Shown here: positions 19,349 to 28,634 of the stretch, piece after piece
How positions within the stretch are numbered: position 1 is the first letter of the stretch
Layout: each line of letters begins with the position of its first letter
DNA from: an uncultured virus (IMG/VR IMGVR_UViG_3300006735_000024)
Taxonomy: Duplodnaviria; Heunggongvirae; Uroviricota; Caudoviricetes
Reading direction: 5' to 3' (one strand)
Virus record (IMG/VR): IMGVR_UViG_3300006735_000024
DNA length: 64,000 nucleotides
The notes under the pieces: generated by a model
Seen by the model: only the letters and a program-made list of their open reading frames with translations
Told to the model about the DNA's origin: nothing
The model's database searches: none
Position numbers and translations under genes: made by a program

Positions 19349-19912
19349 CTACTTCTCGGCTAGTATAAGGTAGTCATACGCAAGAGTGATTGAGTATTCA
19401 GTCAAAGTATCAGCAGTATCGTAACTCAATTCTATTCCACCTACTTCAACTGGCCAACAATTTATTAATTTAATTTTTCTGTTTGGTATTTCTTTACCTG
19501 TCATATCCAACTGAACGACTGTCCATTCACCATAATCATCACCTGTACCACTAAGAGTCTCGGGTTTATCAACAATATTTTCTTCATGTTTGTTGAATTT
19601 TGCGTGCCATTCTTCAAACTTTCTTCGCAGGCCGCCTTCTTTCTCTTCGCCACCTATATCGTCTATCATAGTGAACGTCCACTCTGCATAGACACGATCT
19701 CCCGGAAGTTTTGCAACTCTTCCCCTAAAGGGAATTTGTAGAATACCAAGTGTCTGAACAGGCATAGAACCCGCCTTTACAAGCACTGGTTCAACATCAC
19801 CCTTCTCCTGTAAAGCCCCACCCATAGTTCCAGTAATTACAAACCTATTAGGACGAGTTCCCCCATTAAACTTTGCCTTGAAGTCTCCAATTTGATTTGA
19901 ATGTGATACCAT
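19349..19912 (-). CDS. gp19: Tail tube protein, copy 2
   Basis: GGTRPNRF, IPFRGRVAKLPGDR-Y-EWT, CWP-EVG-IELSYD, TLAYDY. Confidence 0.9.
   Translation of the reverse strand: MVSHSNQIGDFKAKFNGGTRPNRFVITGTMGGALQEKGDVEPVLVKAGSMPVQTLGILQIPFRGRVAKLPGDRVYAEWTFTMIDDIGGEEKEGGLRRKFEEWHAKFNKHEENIVDKPETLSGTGDDYGEWTVVQLDMTGKEIPNRKIKLINCWPVEVGGIELSYDTADTLTEYSITLAYDYLILAEK
19707..19756. repeat. 50-bp exact direct repeat shared by the two gp19 copies (second copy 20284-20333)
   Basis: AGTTTTGCAACTCTTCCCCTAAAGGGAATTTGTAGAATACCAAGTGTCTG occurs in both genes. Confidence 0.9.
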
Positions 19913-19922
19913 TTAGATTACC

Positions 19923-20486
19923 TCAAATTGAGTTTTTTAGTTCAAGATAATCATATGCTAATGTTACTGTATACTCAGTAATAGTATCAGCGGCATCATA
20001 TGACAAATCTATTGATCCGACTTCTACAGGCCAGCAGTTAATTAGAGAGATTGTTCTATCTGGAATAACAGAACCTGACATGTCAAGTTGCTGCACGGTC
20101 CATTGAGTATAGAAATCTTCATTTGTTCCGTTCAAGACACCTTGTGCATCAACAACATTTTCTCGATGTTTGTTGAATGATTCGTGCCATGATTCAAATT
20201 CTCTTCGGAAGTTTCTACCGGACTCTGAACCAGTAGTATCAACCATAGTGAATGTCCATTCTGCGTATGCACGGTCACCGGGTAGTTTTGCAACTCTTCC
20301 CCTAAAGGGAATTTGTAGAATACCAAGTGTCTGTGCAGGAACCTGTCCCGCCTTTACAAGTAGTGATTCTACAGCGTCTCCTACTGGTTGTCCGATAGTA
20401 CCGCTGATCACAAACCTGTTTGGACGAGTTCCCCCGTCGAATGCATTCTTAAAAGTGGCGATCTCATTTGGATGATTTTCTGCCAT
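19923..20486 (-). CDS. gp19: Tail tube protein, copy 1
   Basis: Same motifs and same length (187 aa) as the adjacent paralogue. Confidence 0.9.
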   Translation of the reverse strand: MAENHPNEIATFKNAFDGGTRPNRFVISGTIGQPVGDAVESLLVKAGQVPAQTLGILQIPFRGRVAKLPGDRAYAEWTFTMVDTTGSESGRNFRREFESWHESFNKHRENVVDAQGVLNGTNEDFYTQWTVQQLDMSGSVIPDRTISLINCWPVEVGSIDLSYDAADTITEYTVTLAYDYLELKNSI

Positions 20487-20504
20487 TTTATTCTCCTTTA
20501 AAAG

Positions 20505-20512
20505 TATTTATA
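20505..20512 (-). promoter_or_regulatory. T4-type late promoter TATAAATA (gp19 pair)
   Basis: Exact consensus in intergenic space. Confidence 0.75.
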
Positions 20513-20522
20513 AGGCCTATGA

Positions 20523-21767
20523 TCAATCTAGGTCATCTGCTGAATTTTTATTTGTGAACGTGAGTCTAATAAAGTTAACACTCTTTGTTGGTTTAATGAA
20601 GACATCAGCAATGAAGTGATTTGAATCAATTAGAGCATCTGTGTTGTTCGTCTCGTCACATACGACTCGGAAGTCAGTGATACCTCTTCGTGCTTGGATG
20701 TTTCTCAAGAGAGGAGATACTGCGTTGACAAACGATGCTCTTGTAGTTGCATCGTTGATCTCGAAGAGTTTACCTCTTGCGGCAGCACCGATTGTCTTCT
20801 TAAGATAGATGAAGAGTCTCGAAACATTAATTCTGCTTAGAGTGCTTGTTCCGTCTGCACCAGTCTTGTCTCCGAAGAGTACTGTTCCTTCGCCTGGGAA
20901 GGTAACGATTGGGTTAATCTTCGCATCGTAGAGTGTATCCATATCTGCATCGGTTGGGTTGTCCACAAGACTTACAACATCAAGAATCTGTCCTCGGCGG
21001 AAACCTGCTGGTGAAATCCAAGGATCAGCGAGTTTGTCGTTTCTTGCAATACAACCTGCAACGTCTGCGCCGCAGGATGTCGTAATGTAATCTACATTTG
21101 ATGCGACACCACCGACACCTCTTGTCACATCCAAGTGTCTTTTTGTACCGTAAACATTGATTGTGAATTCGTTTGCAGTTCCAGAGAAAGTAGCACTTTC
21201 TGGAGCAGTAATTGAACCTGCACACCCCACAACACCAACACAGTCTCCTCTTGCAGAAGCAATTGTGGATGGTGTGGCATCACCACCAGTTGCCGCGAAG
21301 ACAACATCGAGTGGAATCTGCTTATCTTGGAGTGTTGCTGAACCAGATCCTGTGTTCTCCACACTACCAGTTGCACCCACAATAAGAACACCACCGTACT
21401 GTAGGAAGTTATGTGCGGCGTACCATTCATTCTTCCAAGCACCAGTTGGTCCTACAGGATATCTGGAACCTGTACCACCTGCATATAAACTTGTATGATG
21501 ACTAGTAAAACCCGCAGAATCTGAATGATACCAAACATGATCGAAAGTATTACCGTTTCCTGTTGGGTCTTTTGCTGTTAATCTATGCATCCAGTCAGAT
21601 ATACTGTCGATTTGCATAAATCCTTTTTCTCTATCTGCTGTAAATCCGAGTGCTAATACGAGTCCCTCAGTTGAAACCATACCACCCCGAACAATAGAAC
21701 CCTCCTCGCTGTTCGGTATTACATAACTCTGATCATCAATTACTACTGTTACATTTGGTCTGGCCAT
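20523..21767 (-). CDS. gp18: Contractile tail sheath protein (short form)
   Basis: PWISPAGFRRG, LYDAKINPIVTFPGEGTVLFGDKT, RINVSRLF, VVCDETNNT, IKPTKSVNFI-L-F. Confidence 0.93.
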   Translation of the reverse strand: MARPNVTVVIDDQSYVIPNSEEGSIVRGGMVSTEGLVLALGFTADREKGFMQIDSISDWMHRLTAKDPTGNGNTFDHVWYHSDSAGFTSHHTSLYAGGTGSRYPVGPTGAWKNEWYAAHNFLQYGGVLIVGATGSVENTGSGSATLQDKQIPLDVVFAATGGDATPSTIASARGDCVGVVGCAGSITAPESATFSGTANEFTINVYGTKRHLDVTRGVGGVASNVDYITTSCGADVAGCIARNDKLADPWISPAGFRRGQILDVVSLVDNPTDADMDTLYDAKINPIVTFPGEGTVLFGDKTGADGTSTLSRINVSRLFIYLKKTIGAAARGKLFEINDATTRASFVNAVSPLLRNIQARRGITDFRVVCDETNNTDALIDSNHFIADVFIKPTKSVNFIRLTFTNKNSADDLD

Positions 21768-21843
21768 CCTTAAATCTCCTTGGAAGATGTTTTATTTAAA
21801 ATTCGGTATTTTTTATCCAAAAAACCATAGTTCTTGTCGTTCA

Positions 21844-21851
21844 TATTTATA
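21844..21851 (-). promoter_or_regulatory. T4-type late promoter TATAAATA (gp18)
   Basis: Exact consensus in the gp17-gp18 intergenic region. Confidence 0.7.
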
Positions 21852-21875
21852 GTTTTTGAGTTTTTTACCCCTATA

Positions 21876-23528
21876 TTAGAATGCAAACCATCTATCTTCA
21901 CCATCCCACTCTCCACCCTCATCATCATCGTCATGAATAAATCCAAAAGGTGCCATATTTTCTTCTAATTTTTCAATTTCATCCTCATAAATTTCAGTTC
22001 TGACATCTGTGTTGGTGGTAGTCTTGAAATAATCCTGTCGAGTCAACCAAGCAAAAAGAACCAAACACATCACCAAATCGTCGTTGTAATTATCATCTGC
22101 TTCATATGAATTTCTTTTTGCAATAAAAGTTGTCAATTCATTAACTGTATCAATATCTTCAATTATTAATTTGTCTTCTTCAATTAAACTTTTCAAAACA
22201 GAACATCCGAGTTTTTTAACCACAGCAGATGTCCGAACACCCATGTGTGTTGTACCCTTTCCACCAAACCCCGATGTAACGACCTGTCCTTTTCTACCCA
22301 TATGAGAACACATGAGAATATTATCATATTCTAGGTCTTGATGAAGAACATCTGCAACCTGCCCCCCGATGTCATTTATTTCAACCAAAACATAAGCATT
22401 GTTGAATTGTTTAGCGACTGTCGAAATGACAGTTGGATAAACCATCGGAGATACAATATTATTTTTATATCTTGCCACAACTCTATATGGCATTTCTGTT
22501 GCATCAACCACAACAAAAGCACTATAATCCAATCCCTGTCCCCTTGCAGTATCGACAGTTATATAATAAGTTCGATCTTCTTTAGGTTCTTCATATATCC
22601 ACAATCCATCATCATTTCTGATGAGAGGTTTCACCCAAGAAAGTGCATGAAGTTTACTCGAAGATATTAAAGTGGCACTCGAACCAATAAAGTCACATTC
22701 AAATTCTGTTTTGAATTGTTCTTCCGAAGTATTTGCGATTGTTTGTTTTTTCCATTCTTCGTCTCTTAAAGGTCCGCCTGGATATGCAGGAACCTGACTC
22801 CAATGAACGTCTATCGGAATATATTCATTCTTTCCTTGTTCTCCTTCATTTTTGGTTGCCCCTCTCCAATAATGGTAATACATGTTTAAACCATTTGGTG
22901 TAGAAACCATAAGAACCTTTGTGCTTTGTCCAGAAGTAATTGTAGGATAAACTGAACTAAAGAACTCCTCTGCAATATTTGTAGGAACGTGAGCAAATTC
23001 GTCAAGGAAAAGCATGTTATACGAACCACCACGAACAGCAGAAGCAGATGTGGATGATGCAAGAATCTTAGAACCATTTTCTAATTTAATACTAGCCTTG
23101 TTCCATTCAACGATTCCTTGCTGAAGCCATATTGGAAGGTACTCATAAGCAAGTTGTAATCTACTTAGAATATCTTTAGCCGTTGCTTGCTTATTTGCTA
23201 GAACTGCAACACTCATACTTTGATTGAATAAAACATAATGAAGAATATAAGAAATTACAGTTGTGGATTTTCCACTCTGTCTAGGTAGTTTTGCAATTAC
23301 AAAACGATTATTATGAATAGTATCTACAATATCATTTTGATAATCATACATCTCAAAGGGAACAAGTCCTTCATCAAGAGATACAACTTTGATGTATTTT
23401 TGTATAAAATACTTTGGGTCTTGGGCACACTTAATATACTCCTTGACCTGCTCCTTCGTAAACTCCATCTCAACTCCTGCCGGTTTGAGATTGGGGTTTC
23501 CCAGATATCCTGCTTTTTTATCCGTCAT
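21876..23528 (-). CDS. gp17: Terminase large subunit
   Basis: YLGNPNLK, PRQSGKSTT, FLDEFA, STPNG-N, EFEC-F, DTARGQGLDYSAF, DDLVMCLV. Confidence 0.97.
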   Translation of the reverse strand: MTDKKAGYLGNPNLKPAGVEMEFTKEQVKEYIKCAQDPKYFIQKYIKVVSLDEGLVPFEMYDYQNDIVDTIHNNRFVIAKLPRQSGKSTTVISYILHYVLFNQSMSVAVLANKQATAKDILSRLQLAYEYLPIWLQQGIVEWNKASIKLENGSKILASSTSASAVRGGSYNMLFLDEFAHVPTNIAEEFFSSVYPTITSGQSTKVLMVSTPNGLNMYYHYWRGATKNEGEQGKNEYIPIDVHWSQVPAYPGGPLRDEEWKKQTIANTSEEQFKTEFECDFIGSSATLISSSKLHALSWVKPLIRNDDGLWIYEEPKEDRTYYITVDTARGQGLDYSAFVVVDATEMPYRVVARYKNNIVSPMVYPTVISTVAKQFNNAYVLVEINDIGGQVADVLHQDLEYDNILMCSHMGRKGQVVTSGFGGKGTTHMGVRTSAVVKKLGCSVLKSLIEEDKLIIEDIDTVNELTTFIAKRNSYEADDNYNDDLVMCLVLFAWLTRQDYFKTTTNTDVRTEIYEDEIEKLEENMAPFGFIHDDDDEGGEWDGEDRWFAF

Positions 23529-23997
23529 CTTCCATTACCTCTGCATCGATAATATCATCACTTAATGCCTTTTTGGCGCTTCTTGATTGGTTGATTAAAT
23601 CTTGAAGTTCACTGGTAGATCCGATGTAGAGTGCGTTGTTTGTGGTGTTATTTATGTTTATTTCTTCTTTATTAATGTCCTTCATTTTCTTATGAAGATC
23701 CATTAAGTCTTTATTTGTTTCTGCAACAGTTTTAATCATCTGTGCCGCCACTTCATATGCACGGGGAGAATCACCTTCCATAGCAACTTTGAGGATACCC
23801 TCTATAGCATCTTCTCCTGTGGAAATCAACTCTTTCATGTTTTTGCGAACTAACCAATAATCCTTTTCGCTATCAACTGCATTTACTTGAATCTCAGTAA
23901 CTTTTCTTTCTTTGGTTACTTTCTCTTCTTCTTTTGTTTCAAAATCTATATCTAAAGATTCTGATAATTTTTCATCTACTGTTTTTTTAGGTTTCAT
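23518..23997 (-). CDS. gp16: Terminase small subunit
   Basis: PRAYEVA, TNNALYIGSTSELQ; start moved to ATG 23997 (GGTGA SD). Confidence 0.9.
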   Translation of the reverse strand: MKPKKTVDEKLSESLDIDFETKEEEKVTKERKVTEIQVNAVDSEKDYWLVRKNMKELISTGEDAIEGILKVAMEGDSPRAYEVAAQMIKTVAETNKDLMDLHKKMKDINKEEININNTTNNALYIGSTSELQDLINQSRSAKKALSDDIIDAEVMEDDG

Positions 23998-24757
23998 AAT
24001 AATAATCACCATAAATTCTATTACCTGCGGTGAACCCCTCACCAGTGTATCCACCTGTTATACCAACACGAAGGTCATGTGCATCAGTCACAGCACTACC
24101 AAACTTCTCGTTACTTCCGAATATATCTATCTCTGATGTAAGAATTTCTTTGCTTGTTTTTACTGGTCCATAGATGTATGTTTTTGCAGTAAACTCAAGA
24201 GTAGAGGTTATGTTTCTTCGAGTTTCAAATTCACCTTCATATTCATCAAGAGTGTTCACTCCGTTCAATATGATAGGAACATCTACGTTGTTATTGATAT
24301 CATTGATTTTTAAAGTTACAATAAACTCTGGACTAAAATAAGGCAGTATTTGCTCTATGATTTGCAGATTGTCGTCATGGTTTCTTGAAAAGGAATATAA
24401 CCCAAAAGATATATTATAAGGAACTTCATTATAGTTCCATGACTCTGTTGTGCCGCTGCTACCGTTAGTTTTTCTGGTTCTTAACTTATTGCTTTTTCTT
24501 TGTGGATCGTATGCGATACCTGTAATATCGAATCCCAATAAAGGTAGCGTGATTTGAGTATGTGTGTTATTTGATATGCTACTATTTTGCTGGATTCTCT
24601 TTATAAACTTTTCTTTTGGACCATATGATAGAGGAACTCGAATTGTTTCTTTTGTAGAACCGTCTGGGTTCTTACGAACAACACGAATATCATTGAATAG
24701 AGAACCAAATCCAATTACCATCTTACGAATAGATTCATTGTAGAATTGAGTAAACAT
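23987..24757 (-). CDS. gp15: Tail sheath stabilizer / tail terminator
   Basis: FGSLFNDI, VPLSYGPKEKF, LQIIEQILPYF-P, DVPIILN, F-AKTYIYGP. Confidence 0.93.
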   Translation of the reverse strand: MFTQFYNESIRKMVIGFGSLFNDIRVVRKNPDGSTKETIRVPLSYGPKEKFIKRIQQNSSISNNTHTQITLPLLGFDITGIAYDPQRKSNKLRTRKTNGSSGTTESWNYNEVPYNISFGLYSFSRNHDDNLQIIEQILPYFSPEFIVTLKINDINNNVDVPIILNGVNTLDEYEGEFETRRNITSTLEFTAKTYIYGPVKTSKEILTSEIDIFGSNEKFGSAVTDAHDLRVGITGGYTGEGFTAGNRIYGDYYYET

Positions 24758-25686
24758 TAGAAGTTACCCTCCGAGAATGGATCAACATCTGTAAAGTCAA
24801 ATATATCATCTTGATCTCGGAACAGTTCGATGTCTTCATTATCACCTGAAGGTTTGTTGTCCTCTGGTTCCTGTGGAATAATGAGTGTAGTTGTTGTGCT
24901 ACTATTAATTTGATATTCTGCACCGGATACTGCACCCTTTAGTGTTTCTCCAGATGTTGTAGATATTGTACCAACAATATTTGTTAATGTTAGTTTTGTT
25001 AGTGTCGATTCCCAATCGGTGGATACTGCTGTCGCTGTTGCATTTTCTAGTGCCGCAGACCCATCTGTAACACCAGACACCTGATATACAGTTTCACCTT
25101 CAAAGAAGTTTGTGGCGGTAGAAGCACTTACTCTTGTCCCAAGTTCAAACTCAACAGCAAACTTCTGAATAGAGTCTTCGACTGTATCAATGTCGCTATA
25201 TCCTGTATCAATATCCTCTTGACTATAAGTGAATACCTCACAGGATAGTCTGTATGTGAAAAGTTTACCCATTTGATAAAAAGGATTTTCATGTTCCACA
25301 AAATTAATTTCAAAAAGTGTTTTACTCAATGGAAAATAGATCAAATCACCTTCTTTTGGACGAGTTGCACTTTCATAAATACCAACAGTTTGCTCGAATC
25401 TTTTTCGAGACACAATCAATTCCATTCTGTCTCGAATTTCCAAACCAAACTTAGAGATAATATCTCCCTCACCCTCAAATCCATCGACAGACTGGACATA
25501 CATTTCTAATTGATAACCATCATCGAATTTAGAAGTAGGATCTTCTCCGAATAACTTATCTTCATTTACCAGAGTTCTTGGAATGTATACCATATCTCTA
25601 CCCATTGCTTTGATAGTTTCAATGGTTAAATCTTCTACTACATTCTGTTCTCCAGAGTAATCTCTGAAATATGGATTACGCGCCAT
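24757..25686 (-). CDS. gp14: Neck protein
   Basis: YIPRTLV, SKFGLEIRD, RPKEGDLIYFP, FEINFVEHENPFYQ-GK, DFTDVDPF. Confidence 0.93.
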   Translation of the reverse strand: MARNPYFRDYSGEQNVVEDLTIETIKAMGRDMVYIPRTLVNEDKLFGEDPTSKFDDGYQLEMYVQSVDGFEGEGDIISKFGLEIRDRMELIVSRKRFEQTVGIYESATRPKEGDLIYFPLSKTLFEINFVEHENPFYQMGKLFTYRLSCEVFTYSQEDIDTGYSDIDTVEDSIQKFAVEFELGTRVSASTATNFFEGETVYQVSGVTDGSAALENATATAVSTDWESTLTKLTLTNIVGTISTTSGETLKGAVSGAEYQINSSTTTTLIIPQEPEDNKPSGDNEDIELFRDQDDIFDFTDVDPFSEGNF

Positions 25687-25697
25687 TTGTTAACCCC

Positions 25698-26501
25698 TCA
25701 ACCTACATCAAAATTAATTGGTAATTCGTATGTGAGTATGAGTTCTTCCTCTAGTCTAGAAATTTCTTCAACCGCTTCGTTGTATATTTCATTACCTCGT
25801 AAAGAAACTCCTCCGGGTAACTGAACACCTTCAAATTTAGAAAGATTAGAACCCCATTGTTTTTTTATTAATGCAGTTGTAAACTTTTTCAACCAAATGT
25901 CGTTGAATATTTCCGAAAATGTAGCAGATGACAGTTTAACATATGCTTCAATGATTAAGTAATTATCAACTTTTAAGTCATCTAAATCTGTATCAATATG
26001 AACTCTGTTTGTTACTTTGTTAAATCTCAAAGACTTTTCTGGTTGGAAGAAATCTTGAATTATTCCAATGTGTTGCTGCATGGTAGAATACCTTGCAAGT
26101 CCCATAGAATTGTGTCCTCCAAGACCTCTATTAATTCCAAAATAATCACCTAAAGCCATTTGATATCGAACATCAAACATATTAATGCTTGCAAAATCTC
26201 CAAATTCAAATATGTTCGTAACAGATACAATATCTTTACCAGTGGGAGCATCTCCTGTAGGACCGTTGATAGGTCCGAATGCACTGGTATCAACATACCC
26301 AGTATCTTTATTGTCTTGGGTTATTTTATGTTTAAAGTATGCCTTCTCTACACCATCGAAATGTCGTTCTGTATATAACTCCAATGCTTCATCTAATCTA
26401 TCTTCGCATTGTTGTCTATCTACATTTATTTCTACTACTGGTGATCCCAATTTACGAAGAGCATAATCAATTAGTTCATCTCTAGTTCTTAGATTTGCCA
26501 T
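25698..26501 (-). CDS. gp13: Neck protein
   Basis: YALRKLG-PV-EINVD--Q-EDR, WLKKFTTALIKKQWG-NL-KF-G-QLPGGV. Confidence 0.93.
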   Translation of the reverse strand: MANLRTRDELIDYALRKLGSPVVEINVDRQQCEDRLDEALELYTERHFDGVEKAYFKHKITQDNKDTGYVDTSAFGPINGPTGDAPTGKDIVSVTNIFEFGDFASINMFDVRYQMALGDYFGINRGLGGHNSMGLARYSTMQQHIGIIQDFFQPEKSLRFNKVTNRVHIDTDLDDLKVDNYLIIEAYVKLSSATFSEIFNDIWLKKFTTALIKKQWGSNLSKFEGVQLPGGVSLRGNEIYNEAVEEISRLEEELILTYELPINFDVG

Positions 26502-26508
26502 ATGAATA

Positions 26509-26549
26509 CTCCTGATGCTTTATCTCTATATGTATAAAGGCATCAGGAG
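26509..26549 (-). promoter_or_regulatory. RBS-sequestering hairpin enclosing late promoter TATACATA (26529-26536) upstream of gp13
   Basis: mRNA-sense CTCCTGATGC...TATACATA...GCATCAGGAG-TATTCAT-ATG: 10-bp perfect stem whose 3' arm carries the AGGAG SD. Confidence 0.75.
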
Positions 26550-26556
26550 CAAGAAA

Positions 26557-27078
26557 CTATTCTGATTCACTTTTTGGCGTTTCTTCTGGGGGAATTGGTT
26601 GTTCACCTATCGTAACTGGAACCTTTTGCACTAGTTCATAATCCATATTTTCAATATAAAATTTTCTAGTTACAGGTTCATCCGCTTCGTCTGGAGTAGA
26701 AACTAGATAGTTTGAAAATCCTGGCATCTGAAGAGGACATGCAACCTTTGGATAATCGAGTTTGCTGTATTCTTCTGCTTCTTGAATTAACCACGTTTGC
26801 TTTCTATCACCACATCCGCAAGCACCGCAGTAATTCTTTCCCTCTCCTGTTTCACTATCCATGAGATGTTCGCAGGGTGGTAGAACTCCGCCATTTTGCT
26901 GATTACCGAAACAACTCAAAACACGAAGTTGCTTTATAGGCTTATTGATTTTTTTGTTGTTGATACTTCTGGAAGCAAGTGCAGACGCAAAACTCTGAAC
27001 CATACTCAACTTTCTTTTTAGACCTCTTTTGTTTGGATCTGCGGGAACTTTTCTAAACTCCATATTTCCTTCTGACAT
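26557..27078 (-). CDS. Cys-motif hypothetical protein (putative metal-binding)
   Basis: R-x3-C...CEHL...YCGACGCGD...KLDYPKVACP; GGAG SD. Confidence 0.7.
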   Translation of the reverse strand: MSEGNMEFRKVPADPNKRGLKRKLSMVQSFASALASRSINNKKINKPIKQLRVLSCFGNQQNGGVLPPCEHLMDSETGEGKNYCGACGCGDRKQTWLIQEAEEYSKLDYPKVACPLQMPGFSNYLVSTPDEADEPVTRKFYIENMDYELVQKVPVTIGEQPIPPEETPKSESE

Positions 27079-27136
27079 ACAAAAATCTCCATGTTAAAAT
27101 ATAAAAAAAGTTTATTCTCAATAATATATATCTCGT

Positions 27137-28603
27137 TTATATGAGAGGAATCAATAAAACTCCCTTTGCATTATGAACTTTTTCTGTCGAACAGGTAGAT
27201 GTAAATCCATTGTCCATATCCTGAATATAGGTATATCTTGTGTCTCTTATATTATTAATTGTTAAATATGTTGATGTGTGATAATAATCTTTACTAAAAC
27301 CAACCCAATCTACATTATTGTTATATCTTTCCTTTGAATTGAGTTGAAATTCTGGAGTTCGCACTGCATTATATAAAAATCCTAGTGTCTCTATATCTGG
27401 TAATATAAACTTAAAGTTTTTATCATTTATTACAGAAAAGTATGAATCTATGTTATTATAAGAAACAGACAGAGAATAATTATGAACAAAAACAGCATAT
27501 GATATACCAGCGGTTACATTCTCAGTTGATTTTTCGAGTATTCTAGTTTCAGGTAAACCTGTGTTTTTATTTCCATAGTAATCTACACCTCTACCCTTGG
27601 TGTCTGATTTGGAATACATGATACCCGCATATCTTGCATTTAATCCTAAATATGATTTTCCAAGTTCCCAACCAGAAGCATGTGTAGAGTTATTATTATT
27701 TTTATATTCAAGTAAATCTGAAGCAACAGATGATGAACAAGTATGTCCAAATCCTGATGCATCTAGTCCTGACCAAATACCATTTCTGTGATCACAAACC
27801 TTTTTCGTTTCCTTTGAGCATTTGTATGAGGTATTATCGTCTTTGTATATACAGGCAGAACTATAATCAAACAGTCCTTTTGATATAATATTTTTTCTCT
27901 TAGCATTTATACTTTCCATATTTTCGTCGGAAATAACAAGAAGTCCATTTCTTTGATCCCTATTTCCTGCTCTCATTGCAACTTCATCTTCACAGTATGG
28001 AATGTCTTTATCACAAACCGGAGTGCTATTACATATAAAGAATTCGTAGAAAGAGGCATCAGGATTACCCGCTGCAATCTCTGCACAATCATCTGACGAA
28101 CATACATTTGTACATCCATCACTGCAACATGCACCAGGCCATCTTTTGTCGGTTTCTGTTCCTCCTGATGTGCATAGAGTGAAGGCATTCGACTGTCCTC
28201 CAGTTTCGTATATCGAACAAGAAACACCTGCTCCCGCCCAAGCACCACCAACTGCTCTACACTCACATTCGGTTACTTCTTTCAATCCTCCATCATCGCA
28301 GTAGTCATATGAATAATCACCACCTGCTCCCTGACACTCTCCTGCACAACCAGAATCGTTAAAAAATGATTGAAAATCTTCAACATATGAACAAGAACAA
28401 CAACAACCTTTTGTTGCTAAATCTGGACAGGTCCAAGGACCTTCGCTGGGAATGAAGTATCCATTTTGTGAAATACAATTTTGATATGTGGACGCAAACC
28501 CATCATTCGGACCAGAGTCGGGTAAACAGCAACCACCCTCATCCGAAAGGTAGTCGCTATAATCTGCAACTGTTTTAATTCTTGCTCTGTGTTGTACGCT
28601 CAT
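27137..28603 (-). CDS. Cys-rich repeat virion protein with a degenerate Lcl/DUF1566-like C-terminus
   Basis: GGCC/GCCC/GACC repeats, then FILPDIETL...YHTST; start ATG 28603 (GAGG SD, late promoter 28620-28627). Confidence 0.7.
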   Translation of the reverse strand: MSVQHRARIKTVADYSDYLSDEGGCCLPDSGPNDGFASTYQNCISQNGYFIPSEGPWTCPDLATKGCCCSCSYVEDFQSFFNDSGCAGECQGAGGDYSYDYCDDGGLKEVTECECRAVGGAWAGAGVSCSIYETGGQSNAFTLCTSGGTETDKRWPGACCSDGCTNVCSSDDCAEIAAGNPDASFYEFFICNSTPVCDKDIPYCEDEVAMRAGNRDQRNGLLVISDENMESINAKRKNIISKGLFDYSSACIYKDDNTSYKCSKETKKVCDHRNGIWSGLDASGFGHTCSSSVASDLLEYKNNNNSTHASGWELGKSYLGLNARYAGIMYSKSDTKGRGVDYYGNKNTGLPETRILEKSTENVTAGISYAVFVHNYSLSVSYNNIDSYFSVINDKNFKFILPDIETLGFLYNAVRTPEFQLNSKERYNNNVDWVGFSKDYYHTSTYLTINNIRDTRYTYIQDMDNGFTSTCSTEKVHNAKGVLLIPLI

Positions 28604-28619
28604 GTAGTTTCCTCTGTTG

Positions 28620-28627
28620 TATTTATA
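28620..28627 (-). promoter_or_regulatory. T4-type late promoter TATAAATA
   Basis: Exact consensus 16 nt before ATG 28603. Confidence 0.7.
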
Positions 28628-28634
28628 CCTACAA

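Noticed and set aside
10636..23528. Introns, inteins or homing endonucleases in uvsW, gp20, gp17 or gp23
   Set aside because: The genes are of normal length and continuous; no LAGLIDADG, HNH or GIY-YIG motifs noticed
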